Numbered from the stretch's first letter, positions 31,069 through 43,626 are shown. The stretch: 64,000 bases of DNA from Rhynchopus sp. YZ270_cl-10 (GCA_964035575.1 OZ037833.1:2542001-2606000); one strand, 5' to 3'. Translations and numbers: made by a program. Notes: generated from the letters alone by a model not told the origin.

Positions 31069-33161
31069 GATTTGTAGGGTGGAGTGTGTGGTTTTGTGAC
31101 TGACAGAAAACAGTGAAACTTTTTTTCACGCCAGTGAAACTTTTTTTCACGCCTCCAGCGAAATTACTAAGAGCAAGCGTGAAAAAAAGCTCACTTTATT
31201 TCACGCCCCGTTTGTGAAGGATCCCAGCAAAAAGTCATTTTCACATGTGATATAAAAAATCAATTTACAAAGGTCACTGTGTTGCGATAAAAGAGGAGGT
31301 TTTCTTAAGGAAGTCCTTAAGAAACCTGCATAGAAACGTTCCCAAAGGGGGTACCACAGCCAAAAATCACCTAACCAGCCACAGAGGCATAAAAAAAATC
31401 GTGCGACCCCGGAATTGAACGTTTTCGTTACCGATCTTTCCAAAGAAATAAAAATCGAAAAAAAAAATCGGGGGTAAAATTCATAAAATCCATCTGTCCA
31501 CGGACAGTTGCATTTGCGACCCAGGTCGTGCATTGTTGATCCCGAAAATGGGCGGAAGTGAATTTCCGGATCGATCTGAAAAAATTCCGGGGTCGCAACA
31601 TTTTTTTGGCGGATTTTTTATCACTTTAAACTGGCTCCAGAAACAGGCTTTTCTATACGCAAAGTCATGGAATGTATGATATATTTTTTTTTTAGTTTTG
31701 ATCGATTTGATTGACACCAGAACCAACATTTCGTTCATTTGCGATTTTTTTTTGGATGTATCTGCATCGGATGTCCTTTGTACTTTCTCTTCTCTTCTTT
31801 GCTTTGAAAGTATATGAAACTGATTTTTTTTTTGAATGTTTGAAAAAAAAAAAAATTGTGCGTATCCAGCAAGACTTTATAGATGATTAAAGCACAGAGA
31901 GGCTATAGGATCATCTAAAAGACATACACCGGGTATTATATCAAATGTTACACCGTGACAACGTTTTTTTTCAAAAATCATAACATTGTTACGTTTTTAC
32001 GTTTGATATAACGACCTGTATATTGCCCCTTTCTTTGTACTAAGGGTTTACTTCATAGGTGGCTAAGCATAGAGGCTTAGTGTAATCTTACAAAAACTTT
32101 CTTTTTATTTTGCTCTCAATTTGAATGCATATGTTGACATATTCTTTTGATAAGGTTAGAGAGACCAGAGGTTGTACACCCTTCTCAGAGGGCTTTCTTC
32201 GCGTAACCACCAACCTCGCTCCTTCCCTTTTTACAGCGCAAACTCCCAAGCGCAACACTCCATGGGGTTTCAATAGCCCCACGGAGCGTCACGTGTCTGC
32301 GTCCTAGGAGGCGTTTTGCACGATCAACTTCACTTTAAGTATACATTGGTGTGTTCCCCCACCCCCGGGGTGGAAAATACAAATTTTCATTTCAATTCAG
32401 AACTTTTCGCAATTTTTCGCAAAAATATGGCAGTATTATACTATGTTGTGAAAAGTTGTGAAGAGTTCTGAAGATGTGTGAAGTCCCATACCCACCGTAC
32501 ACACCATACATGATGCTTTCCCCATATTATTGTTCGTGCTTTCTTTAGGTGAGCAAAAGCACAGTGAACAATGCTTAGCATCGCCTTACTACTGCCTTTC
32601 TCTTTCTTTTATTTCTCTGTTTTGTCAATGGTGTGACTAAGCAAAGCAATGGAGGCTTACGTTTCATCTCACAAACCTCTTCTTTCCCTAGACTATGTGT
32701 TCCCCCCCTGCTTATCTCTCCCTATCTTTTTCGCAGTTCGTTTTCACCCCCACCCCCTTTTTCTAGTTCAAATATAAATGAAACTTTTCTCGTTTTTTTG
32801 CACATCCAAAATTATCCATTCTACAAATATCCCAAATTTTTGAAAAGATGACCCAATGACTCGAAAGAAGACGACGGTCGGAATTCTTCTTTTTTTTCAG
32901 TGAAGACCTGTCTGAATAGGCATACACTAAAAAAGAGATGTGCGGCGAATCAAGTGGCCCCAGATCAGAGGTCTATTCCTGAGCGATTTTCCTGATAGTG
33001 AAGACTGCCTGAATGGCAGCTACACTAAACAAACAAATTACCAAAAAAAACCCATAGTATCAAAGCGCTCTGTAACCTCCTCTCTTCTCTCCTCTTCTCT
33101 CCTCTTCTCTCCTCTTCTCTCCTTGACATTACCTCAGAGAATGTGATTCAAATTCATTCAA

Positions 33162-34088
33162 ATGATTCCAAAGAAGGCGACAACAGTAGGGACCGGTACA
33201 CAAGGATTGCGTGCCGCAGGGTTGAACTGGGATGAGATGCACTACCGATACAAGACAGACCGGGTGAAGAGCTGGCTCGACTCGAAATGCATGAATTTGG
33301 TACCGCCACCACCGAAGGAGCGGCTTTCCCCTGCAGTCTTGCGTGAAGAGCGTGACCAACGTAGACGGCTTCGCGAAGAAATGCAAGAAAAACAACAAAA
33401 CAGAGTAGAACAACTTACCCGAGACGCCAGAAAGGCACAAAACGAACGGGTAGCACAAACCAAACTCCAAGAAACCCAGCGGATCTCCGCTATTCGCGAA
33501 GAGCAATCATACAGCAAGCAAAAACATAATCAGGCAATCGCCGATTTCAAAGACTCTCGAACTCTTGCCCTCGAAGCCGTACGCAATAGTCAGAATATTT
33601 TTAAACAAACCGAACTTCAAGAAAAACAGCGTCTTTTAGATAGAAAACAACAGCCCCATCCTAGAAGCCCTAAGAAGTCAGATCTAATAGTTGGTATGCT
33701 ATCAGAGAGGAGAGCTGTGGTGGAGACGGCAAGGAAGAGGAGACGGAGGAGGGACCAGGAGCGCAGTGATCTGACGAAGAATATTCGCTTTGAACGGAGC
33801 GAAGAAATCAAGAAGGACCGGCAGCTGCGAGGCGAGAAGGTGCAGCGGATGCGGGAGGAGAAGGAGATGTTCGTCATCTCGCAGCGGGCTATGCTGCGGG
33901 AGGATTTCATGCACAGTGCAAAGGATATTCTAGCAGACCGTACCACCCGTGAACAGCAACTCTGTGAAGCCACAAAGCAATCCCGTCTCAACCGTCTCAA
34001 TCGCCCCGAAACAGCGAACCTCCCCCGCCACCTCTCCCCAATGAACGATGTCCGTACCCCATCAAGGCAGCCGAAGCCTCTGTATTAG
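33162..34088 (+). CDS. Hypothetical coiled-coil protein, 308 aa
   Basis: Long R/E/Q/K-rich ORF after a pyrimidine tract and AG. Confidence 0.75.
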   Translation: MIPKKATTVGTGTQGLRAAGLNWDEMHYRYKTDRVKSWLDSKCMNLVPPPPKERLSPAVLREERDQRRRLREEMQEKQQNRVEQLTRDARKAQNERVAQTKLQETQRISAIREEQSYSKQKHNQAIADFKDSRTLALEAVRNSQNIFKQTELQEKQRLLDRKQQPHPRSPKKSDLIVGMLSERRAVVETARKRRRRRDQERSDLTKNIRFERSEEIKKDRQLRGEKVQRMREEKEMFVISQRAMLREDFMHSAKDILADRTTREQQLCEATKQSRLNRLNRPETANLPRHLSPMNDVRTPSRQPKPLY

Positions 34089-34535
34089 CGTGTCGCGTTC
34101 TGTTCTTTTTCGTGTTTCCATGCGGATAGTCAGAGTATTTAATTTTCGAAGAAAACACCCCCCAAAGATAGTCAGACCTGTTTTCGACTTTTCAAAGAGA
34201 AAAAAAACAATGATGACAACTACACTATTCCAACAACATATAACCTCTCCCCAATGAACGACGTCCGTACCCTCATCAAAGGCAGGCGAAGCCTCTGTCC
34301 CTGGCGACTGCGCCCTTTCTGACCCTTTCGAGGGTGACCCCTCTTTATTTGACCTTTTATTGGGTATATTTTTAGCGTTTTGTTTCGTTCTGTTCGCATT
34401 TCCCCAGCACACCACCACAGATTTTTTACCTACACGGGTATAACCACAAATTCTTTCTTTTTTCCATTTAAGACAGTCTTTTTAGTGTAACTCTTTCTTT
34501 CTTCTTCTCTTTTCTCTCCTCTTCCCTTCTTCTCT

Positions 34536-36098
34536 ATGGGTTCACATACTAATGAACCATTTGACATTGAGTCAGGTGTGCCTGATGTGATAGGGGCACA
34601 GCATGTTGATATTGACGATATGGAGGAGGATGTGGCAAGCGTGGCAGAGTCTTCTGGGAGTGTGGTGATCCATCTGACAGAGCCTGCCTGCACTTCATTC
34701 GCCGATCACGTCGCGGAGCAGCAGTTTAGTCCGGTTGCAACGGTGAATCCAAAGCACAGTTCGCCTCGCGCAGCGTACATCACTCTTCCCGATGAGATGA
34801 GTCAATCGGAGGAGCGTGCGTTCTCTCCAACGTTGTTCCCTCTGTCACCCGAAAGAGGGCACCGCCGAAGCGCAACGGAAGATGTGATGCGCGCTCCTAC
34901 CCCTACAAGGAATATTTCAAACCATTCGCGGAGTCGTACATTGGAAAACCCTGGGGTCGCTCCGGTGCGGTCAAATCCGTTGTCGTGGGGGTGGTTGGGG
35001 GTGTTGGGGAGAGGGGAGGAGATGGAGGTGGATGTAGAAGACCCAGAGGTGCTAAGGGATATGGTCGCCGCAGCGCAGAAGAAGCGGCCCACAGCGTTGA
35101 CAGTGGCTTCGGCGGAGGATGACGAAAGCGACGGCTTCCAAACCCCGCTCTCACCACTCAGCGCCTCCCACCGGGACCGTTTCAGAACAATGCTGCGTCC
35201 TTCCTCTTCTCGCAAACCCCGTCGAAGCAAAACCCTCTCCCAAGACCTCACCGAGGCTCCGGAGGAAGAATGCTGTGTGATGTGTTTGCTTCCCCTGTCA
35301 GGCGGTGCAGAGGAGGAGGAGGAGGAAGAAGCGGAAGAAGGGGGAGAAGGTGGCTCAGGAAGCGAGGATGAAATCTGCATCGTGCGGCCCTGTGGACATC
35401 AGTACCATACGTCCTGTATGTTTACCTTCTTTTCGAAGTGCTCGACGAGAGACTGTCCGATGTGTCGTGGAGCGATTGATGGGTTAGAAAAATGCGATGG
35501 AACCTTTATTGAACGCCTTGAATTGAATTCGATGTTTAAGGTGCCGTGTGTGTCGATTCGGTTCAGACAGGTTTTGCCGACGATTAGTGCTGCGCATTCT
35601 GAGGCGTCTTCTCGGCAAGGCACGCCGTCACCAAGCGGAACCACTTCGCCTTCACCTCTTACCCCAACTCCAAGAAGACCGTCGCTGCCAAGCGACAGAA
35701 CGCGGTCGTTTTTCACTCAGAACAGTCAAGTCAAGGATGTGTTCCACGAAAGCTTCAAAGACGCGAGAGGTGTTGAGATGCGTAAAGTAGCGCTCCCCTC
35801 TGTGGTGATAGAGCTGCTCGACTCAGAGGGGCAGGTGCAGATTCACCACGACCCAGTCTCCATCTCGGTGATCCACTCCTCCGCTGCTGGTACTATCCAG
35901 CCGAACACAGCGGCGTTCGAATGTGGGGTGGCAGTGCTGGAAGGGCTGGAGATTGAGTACACACCTGACCAGACAAGACCATCGCTGCTAGCAGTGCAGT
36001 TTAAGGCGCAGTCGGTAGGGCAATTGGTTCACAACAAATCGCTCTACGTTGGTGTTAGGGTATGGCATTTTTTTTATATTCCGGAGCTTGCTTTATAG
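34536..36098 (+). CDS. RING-H2 finger protein (putative E3 ligase), 520 aa
   Basis: CVMC...PCGHQYHTSC...CPMC = C3H2C3. Confidence 0.85.
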   Translation: MGSHTNEPFDIESGVPDVIGAQHVDIDDMEEDVASVAESSGSVVIHLTEPACTSFADHVAEQQFSPVATVNPKHSSPRAAYITLPDEMSQSEERAFSPTLFPLSPERGHRRSATEDVMRAPTPTRNISNHSRSRTLENPGVAPVRSNPLSWGWLGVLGRGEEMEVDVEDPEVLRDMVAAAQKKRPTALTVASAEDDESDGFQTPLSPLSASHRDRFRTMLRPSSSRKPRRSKTLSQDLTEAPEEECCVMCLLPLSGGAEEEEEEEAEEGGEGGSGSEDEICIVRPCGHQYHTSCMFTFFSKCSTRDCPMCRGAIDGLEKCDGTFIERLELNSMFKVPCVSIRFRQVLPTISAAHSEASSRQGTPSPSGTTSPSPLTPTPRRPSLPSDRTRSFFTQNSQVKDVFHESFKDARGVEMRKVALPSVVIELLDSEGQVQIHHDPVSISVIHSSAAGTIQPNTAAFECGVAVLEGLEIEYTPDQTRPSLLAVQFKAQSVGQLVHNKSLYVGVRVWHFFYIPELAL

Positions 36099-36583
36099 GA
36101 TAGTATTACCGGGTACGGTCGCCAAATCATCCCTCAAACAGGAGGATTAATCAACGAAAACAACTTTACTTACCTACCCGATCCTACTATTTTTTGGTAA
36201 AAAATACAGTGCTTATATCCTATACGGAAGGGTACTCCCTCTACTTTCACCTCACAGACAAACAAACGCCCCTTCGTAGAACGGCACACCCGTCACCTCA
36301 AAATGGTAGTCATAGTCGTGGGTATTGTAGTCGTGGTGATTGGAATAGCCCTGGGTGTGGGCCTTTCGCAGGCTTGAGGGATTATAGTTGAGATTGGGGT
36401 GTTGGGGAGACTAAGGAGGGGGTATTTTTTATATGCGTGTGATAAAATTCGGTAAGTAAAATGGGATTTTCTTGCAAGCTTTTTTAGGTGACCAACCTGG
36501 CTTTGGTTCATCTTGTCATTTTTTCCCTCTTTTTCCCCTCTCTTTTTTTGGTAGCAGACCAGAGTTGTCTGCATTCCAAGGAT

Positions 36584-37112
36584 GTAAACCCCCCTCCCAG
36601 CTATTGTTTACATACAGGTATTGTTTACATATAATTATTCACAGCTATTATTTACATCCAATTACTATTTACATTCGAATTATTTATTTCCACCCCCTTT
36701 TTTTTGCCGGTTTTTGGTGACGGGGTGCGGATTCGTGACCCAAAACACAATTTTTTGGCATTTCCGGAATCTGTCCAGAAAGTGGTGGGGTCGATGTTGA
36801 AAATTGGACAATTTTTTGACCACTTAAATTTTGGAAAATATGAGCCCGGTCACTAGGTGGGGCCCATTTTCGGCCAAAAAGTTTCACAAAATCCGAGTTT
36901 GTAAAATTGACCCTTCACCCACATCAATTTCAATACTACACCTCACTTCACCTTCGGTTACCCTACAGGGGAGGTGTGGAAAATGTAAACAATACATGAG
37001 TAATAATTATTTACATGTACTATTTACATTTAAATTATTTACATGTATTATTTACATGCACGAATACTATTTACATAAAAATATGTAAACAATAGCTGTG
37101 AAGGGGGTTTAC
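36584..37112. mobile_element. MITE-like element, ~30-bp imperfect TIR, internal tatttacat repeats
   Basis: gtaaacccccctcccagctattgtttacata / tatgtaaacaatagctgtgaagggggtttac; no clear TSD. Confidence 0.7.
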
Positions 37113-40100
37113 GTTGTTGATATGATTCTTATTCTTTTTGTTGGTGTTTTTCTAGGGAAAAAAATGACGGGCTATCTCGTTTTTTTTGAACGTTCTTGCG
37201 TGCTTTCTCGAATGGAAAGTATATAAAAATTAGTTTTCTGGCGTGCCAAATTTGCTCCTTTTCAAAGCTTACATTCTTATCTCCAACCATTATATAAACT
37301 CACAAAAAAAAAGTTATGTCAGACCAGAGTTTCTAGTCTCTTACACTCTGCCACACTCTTTAGAACTGAGAGGTGTGCTGTCTGTAGTTTCCTAGCCCTT
37401 CCCATCCCATCCCATCCCTCCATGCACAGTAAGGCGCATCCATCTTTTAATTTATTTTTGAGTAACATTTGATGTACGTAACCCTCTTTTTGGTAGGGTG
37501 GTTCAGTACCCCTCCTTCCTGTTCACGCAATACTAGGCTATATAGCGCACTGACGTCGCAGTATCATCTATACCAGCTGCATTTTTTGCAAAACCAAAAA
37601 AAAAAAAAAATCTTTGAGGCACCGTGTTTTCCCTGCGTGGCAAACCAATCAACGTTGTTCTTCAGAACAGAACACTGCTTTTTTGTCAAATGGTATACAC
37701 CCTCCACGTACCCTCTACCCCCCCTCCCGCCAATGCCAGTATCACACCCCTTCAAGATGTGATTATATTTAACCCCCCCCCCCCCCCCCCAATTTTTTGG
37801 GTTTGATATCCCGCGGAGTGTCAGTGCCTGCGTCCCAGAGGCGTTTTGCACAAATCGACTTCACTTTTTGTGCACATTTTTAAAAAAAAATCAAGTAACC
37901 TCTCAAGATGAGGTGGATCGGTTCCATTATTGAGTTATGAGTTGACACTCGACTGTTTTGCCAAACTCCTTTCCTTTCCTGTTCTTTTCCTTTACGGTTT
38001 TAGGTTCCCGAGTTGTCCCTCCAAAGTTCTTTTGTAGTTCACTATTTTCCTGTCGTGTCTATCTTATTTTTGAATATACGAGAATCGTCATATAAAAATA
38101 AAAAACTCTGTTTTTAGATAGTGCTTGCCGAATTACTCCCCAGACTCATTCACTCAGGGACACTAATTCGAGCGATCAACGAAAAATGGTATGGTCAAAT
38201 AGGTTTAGTGTAGCTGCCACACAAGCAGTCTTCGCTTTTCATCACGCTTCTCAGTTCTTCGAGACTTTTTTTGTGATTTCAAAAAAGCAAAACAGAAAAG
38301 ATCCGGTACAGTATTTTTGCTCTGTTTTTAGAGACAAAAAGACAAATACCCCCTTGAATTGTATCCCGTATAGTATCTCTCAGTGCGACCGCTTTTGAAG
38401 AAATTGCGTTGCGAAAAGTTATTTTGATTATTTTTGAATCTTTTTCAGGGATTTCTTTTGCTATTGCAGTGCAATGAGGTAGGTAGAGCACGACGGTCGA
38501 TGGCAGTTTATTGAAACGTTTCGCCTCTATCAGAGGGTGTGGAGCCCTTCCTGGAAAAGGCTGTCATGAATCTAATCTTACTTTTTTGTTGATTCCTCTT
38601 CCTATGCTATCAATTTATTGAATGCATATGTTGAAATATATCTTACTTTTTTTTCGGAAGGCTTTGGAGGGTCGCTCAGCGCAGAGAGAGGCTTGGATCA
38701 TCTTACAAAACTTTTTTTTTCTTCTTTCTTCTTTTTGGAGTATCAGTACCTATGTCCCAGAGGCGTTTGTACAAATCAACTTCATCTTTTTTAGCCCATC
38801 AGAATAATGCAAAAATACAGCTGTATTTTGTGAAAAAATGGTAAATTTTTCTACCATAATAACGCTCACTGCAGAACATTATCCAGGTTGAGTCGGGACG
38901 TTGTAACGAACGCCCAACCCTCCTCGATTATGTCCATTTTACATCTTTCTGTGGGGAGAATGTACCATTTGCGTGGAGCTCCCCCCCCCTTTTTTGCCTC
39001 AAAACCCCCTCCCCCCAAAGGTCTCATTTACTAGCTAACATTTTTCTTTCTCCTTTTCTTTCTCTGTTCTGGATGTTGACTTTATTTTCCCGCAACCTTC
39101 ACCCCCTAAACCCCGTTTTTTTTTTGGTACACTTGTCACGAAAGGGCTTTGTATCTCAAGTCACATTTTTTTTTTTTTTTCGATAGCAATTACTTGTTTT
39201 TTGGTACAATAACTTATTGTCAGCTCGATTGGAGGCAGCGCTTTGGGCAAACAGATTTTAAAAAAAAGATATACTAGTTTGGTGACTGAATGGGGGGGCG
39301 CGCACAAAGTGCGTAAGAAGTGCGAATCACCCCCCCCGTTCAGCCACCCCATAGTTGTTTTGAATAATACTTGCGTTGCAAAAACCCGATCTTTTTTTTG
39401 ATGTGTGTGAAATATTTTTGAAAAGCTTTTTTTTGAGCAACTGCCATTTTTTCTTTTCACTTTCAATATCTCTTTTTTAAAAGCACTTATGTGCACAGTG
39501 ATGCGCATTCACCTTTCAAGCCCACACGGCTTTGAGTTTATGTTACAAACTTGTTTAAAAAAAAAAAAAAAAAATTGATGAAAATATGCCATCCCGTTGC
39601 ATCTTTAAAAACTACATTTTTCCAGTGCCTGCATCCACCGGTGTCCGGTGAGGCGTTTGCACTTTTCATTTTCTCGTGTTTTTTTTTCTAAGCACTGAGA
39701 CACGGCATCCATAAGCCCTTACTAAGGGATATGAGCTCCACCTCTTAATTTTTTAAGCCCTTAATTTTGAGATCAGCTAAAATTAAGGGCTTAATTTAAG
39801 GGCTTAATTTCTTACTAAGGGCTTACTAAGGGCTTAGTAAGAAATTAAGGGCTTAATTTAAGGGCTTACAAAAAGCTTACCAAGAGTGTACTTACCCTAG
39901 GCATACTGTGCGGGCGAGTAGAAAAAACTCGCCCATTTTTGGAGGGCGAGTTTTTTTTCGTAGGGGATTTTACCTTGGGAAAAGTGCACCTGCGAAAATA
40001 TGAGTGAAATTTCATTTGCCTGCAGGTATGCTATTAACCGGCATGGCGAGTACGTTGTACAGCGAATCTAGCCCCTACTCATGCCTTTGTGGTCCTCCAT

Positions 40101-41019
40101 ATTGTAGTGCATCTTGACAAGATGCACTACAATATGATACATACAGGACCTGAATTTGGGCGAGTTTTGGACGAATTTTGGCCGGTGTAGTCATAGACTC
40201 GATGCGAGTCGCATTCTCGGACTATTTTTGGTCTGGCGAAAAATTCTTGCACAATTCTCGCACGATTCTCCGTGGTCACGTAACGCTAAAATCCTCCGTG
40301 ATGCGAGAATTACATGCGAGAATGCGATAATGAATCTCGCATGCGAACACCCAAAACCACGAAGGAGGACGCAAGCAAGGCTTTACTGCACTTAGGTACA
40401 GGATACGTTGTCATTTTCAGGTACAAAAAAGGGTACTTTGAAGCAGTTGAGGCACACACCCGTTGCAAAATGCATCTGTACTTCATTTCTGTGGGACCCA
40501 CGCTAGACCCCAAAAGCTGTAATACATATATTTCCACCTCGGGACACCAGCGGATGTGGACCGAGGTGTTTTTTGGATGTTGAGAAGGATTTTTGTCCGA
40601 TTGTAGAATTTTTTCGGTAAGTGTTGTATTTGTCCCACACTCTGACGATCGGGTGACGGAATTTTGGGTGATTTTTCACAATTATCGCATTTTAATTTTG
40701 CTGAGGTCCAAAACTACCCCTATGGTCTTAGTACACTCTTAGTAAGCTCTTTGTAAGCCCTTAAATTAAGCCCTTAATTTCTTACTAAGCCCTTAGTAAG
40801 CCCTTAGTAAGAACTCTAAGCCCTTAAATTCATACATATTAGGTACGTACGTAATACGCGGCTTTTTAATTAAAATAATAAAATACGTAGTACGTAAAAA
40901 TAATACTACGTACGTAGCAAGATTAGCCGCAAAATACGCGCAAAATACGTAGTAAATAAAGTATTTACGTACCAAATACGTAGTAAATAAAGTATTTTTA
41001 TATTAATTATAATAGATAT

Positions 41020-42317
41020 CAGCCAAAATCTGCTTAGCCGTATACTTCGGGGCCTCGTTCACTTAATAAACCACAGATGCAAATTTTTGAGCCTACGACC
41101 CCGCATTTAACTCATTTCGATCCCCTGATTTCAATCCCAAAAAAATTTCAAAAAAATAAAAAAAAATTATTTTCTGAAATGACGTCGGCAGTTTTTTCTA
41201 AGTAAGAGAAAACCGAATGGAGTGGGAACGCTAGTGAGAGCGCAGCGGAAACGATAGTGGGAACGCAACGAGATTTTTTCATAATGTTTTATTCTTCCCC
41301 ACAAAATATCACGCGCAGAGAAACACTCGTTTTTCACACAGCGCGTCCGTTTGTTTGTTTTTCTCAAACGACACCTTTTTTCAAAATTTTTCCCCGGTAT
41401 CACATATGATACTGATTTCCATGGATACACATGAAAAGGAGTTCCGTGCTATTCACAGAACTCGATAGGCGATTGAGCTTATCTAACAACAACCAAAACA
41501 AAAGAAAGTACAAAGAAGAGAATAAAAAATGCAGGAAAAATAGACAAAGAGAAAAACAAAGAGATTTTGACAAAGTGAACAATAAAAACTTTTGCTCTCC
41601 GCCGCCTCAGGTGAGAAGTTATTTTCCAAACACCCCGAAAATGGGCGTATATGGATTTCCGAGCTCCCCGCGTTTCATAGAAAAAAAAAATCGACCATTT
41701 TAGTGGAGTAGAAGTCAAAAAAAAGTGGCTCCAATGCTTTGTGCATGTAATACAGGGGATTTTCAGTGCAGAAAGAGTGGTCGGCTCCACCAAAAGTTGC
41801 GTACCGTGGAGTGTGTTTCCAGTTGACAAAAATGGTCGCAATTGAAAGATTTGTCAAAAATAAATCCAAAGAAAAAAAAATCGACAACTTTTGACAAAAA
41901 AAATCAAATTTAGAGACATCGCTGTGTTGGACCCAAAGAGGAGATTTCCTCACCGTACAAAGTACACTGTATAGTACCCAGTACATAGTACCCATTCTCC
42001 CGCCGCCCACTCGCTCGCCCCAGATGCATATTTTTGACCGTCCGACCCCGGAATTGAACGTTTTCGCACCCTATCTTTCCAAGAATATTTTTTTTCAGAA
42101 TGTGCCCGGGCCATAAAATCGATAAAATCCACCTGTCCATGGTCAAGTACATTTGAGAGGCCGGGGGTGTAATATTTTCACCCGAAAAGGCGCGTATATG
42201 AATTTCCGGATCGATCTGAAAAAATCCGGGGTCGCAACATTTTTTTGGCGGATTTTTTATCACTTTAAAGTGGCTCCAAAAACAGGCCATTATATACGGC
42301 TAAGCAGATTTTGGCTG
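41020..42317. mobile_element. Innermost non-autonomous TIR element (25-bp TIR, ATAT flanks)
   Basis: cagccaaaatctgcttagccgtata / tatacggctaagcagattttggctg; atat at 41016-41019 and 42318-42321. Confidence 0.88.
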
Positions 42318-42498
42318 ATATATTATTATAAATTACCGGTAGTTTTAAACCGTTACAAGTGGGTTCCAAGTGGGTTACATACACGACATGTACCACCACC
42401 TAATTTTGCCTGAAATTAGGTGAAGTTCAGTGGTTTTTGGTGGTACATGTAACATACATGTAACCCACTTGTAACGTTACAAGTAGGTTACAAGTGGG

Positions 42499-43626
42499 TT
42501 ACTTCACCGTCGTGCATGAGCAGGTCGCGTCTGCACTCGAAAACCTACGAGAGCCTGGCTTCAACAACAGCACCAATATCGGGCAGCTACTGCGATTGGT
42601 CAACGAGATATGTATATAAAACTTCTCTCGACCAGTGGTCCTTTCGAAATGGAGGTCCCGTAAAGCTTTGCTGCTGCGTTCCGAAATTATTTTTGCCAGC
42701 ATGAAGGTTCTCACCATCTCCGGATGCACATAGCGACCCGCCTGAATCTGAGGGAAATTGAGGTGATTTTGCCACATCTCCTGAAGGTTTGCCAGAAGTG
42801 ACTGTGTCGAGGGTCTGTAATTTACCTTCATCGCATTCACCATCTTTTCGAAGCGTGTCCGTATTGTAATTGACATGAAGCCGACATCGTCTTTTTTTTT
42901 TTTTTTAAAGCCCACATCGTCGGTCTCGTTGAAGCCCTGTGAGACTTCTGCAACGTGCCCACACGAACCACTTTGAACAAAGTGTTCTTGAACACCTGTT
43001 GTTCGGTTCACGAACGTGTCGATCCACTTTCCGGTGGATCCGCCGCTGACCGCAAGGATGTGGTTACCAAGCACCACCGCACCGTCAAATAGGAGCTGGA
43101 TGGTGCCACTTCGTTGGAGATCCTCCAGGACCACCTCCATGTCCTCTTGGAAGATTTTGTCGATGTGCATTTCAACCAGTGCGCCCTTCGAGATGGACGG
43201 GTCCCCGTAGAGCTTTGCAGCTGCATTGCGAAAATGCCTTGCTTGCCCGCTCGTTGACCCCCCATAAAGGGCCGCGCGGGCAAACATCTTGTTTTTTTCG
43301 GTTTTGGAAAAAAGGCCTGTCGTCACACGCACCTCCTTTTCTTCTTCATCTTCGTCTTCAGCTTCATCGTCATTTTTGTCTGCATCGTCCTCGGGGTGTG
43401 TCTTCTTCACCTTCGTACCCTTTTTCTCCATCAGCCTTGCGAGCAGCTCTGTGTGCTTTATCCCGGTCAGGTGTTGCCTCAGGCTGTCCAGGTCCCAATT
43501 GGACCGGGGCCCGTTGCACGCCTCGCAGAAGACCACTTCGTCGGTCTCCTTGAAGCCGCGATCCAGGAGGGAGGACCGGTGCGACTTCTTCTTCGTCGAC
43601 GCCGCACGCTTCCCAGACGCAGACAT
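42499..43626 (-). pseudogene. Degenerate hAT/CGGBP1-like transposase
   Basis: Zinc finger FCEAC...LRQHLTGIKH and RNase-H-like first strands IQLLFDGAVVLGNHILAV. Too short for a full transposase, contains a poly(A) insertion, and lies inside TIRs. Confidence 0.6.

Larger units (their letters stand above)
29597..31255 (-). mobile_element. Tyrosine-recombinase (Crypton-like) element with terminal hairpin and asymmetric inverted repeats
   Basis: Interrupts a host repeat unit (compare the intact unit at 29360-29463); ataa at both junctions; IR 29774-29834 / 31191-31250; hairpin 29599-29768. Confidence 0.8.
28890..31678. mobile_element. Non-autonomous TIR element (25-bp TIR, ATAT flanks) hosting the YR element
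   Basis: catacattccatgactttgcgtata / tatacgcaaagtcatggaatgtatg; atat at 28886-28889 and 31679-31682; interior similar to 41020-42317. Confidence 0.85.

Noticed and set aside
28890..31678. The 25-bp TIRs as the ends of the YR element
   Set aside because: A related TIR element without YR exists at 41020-42317, and the YR segment interrupts one of the host's internal repeat units, so it is a nested insertion.
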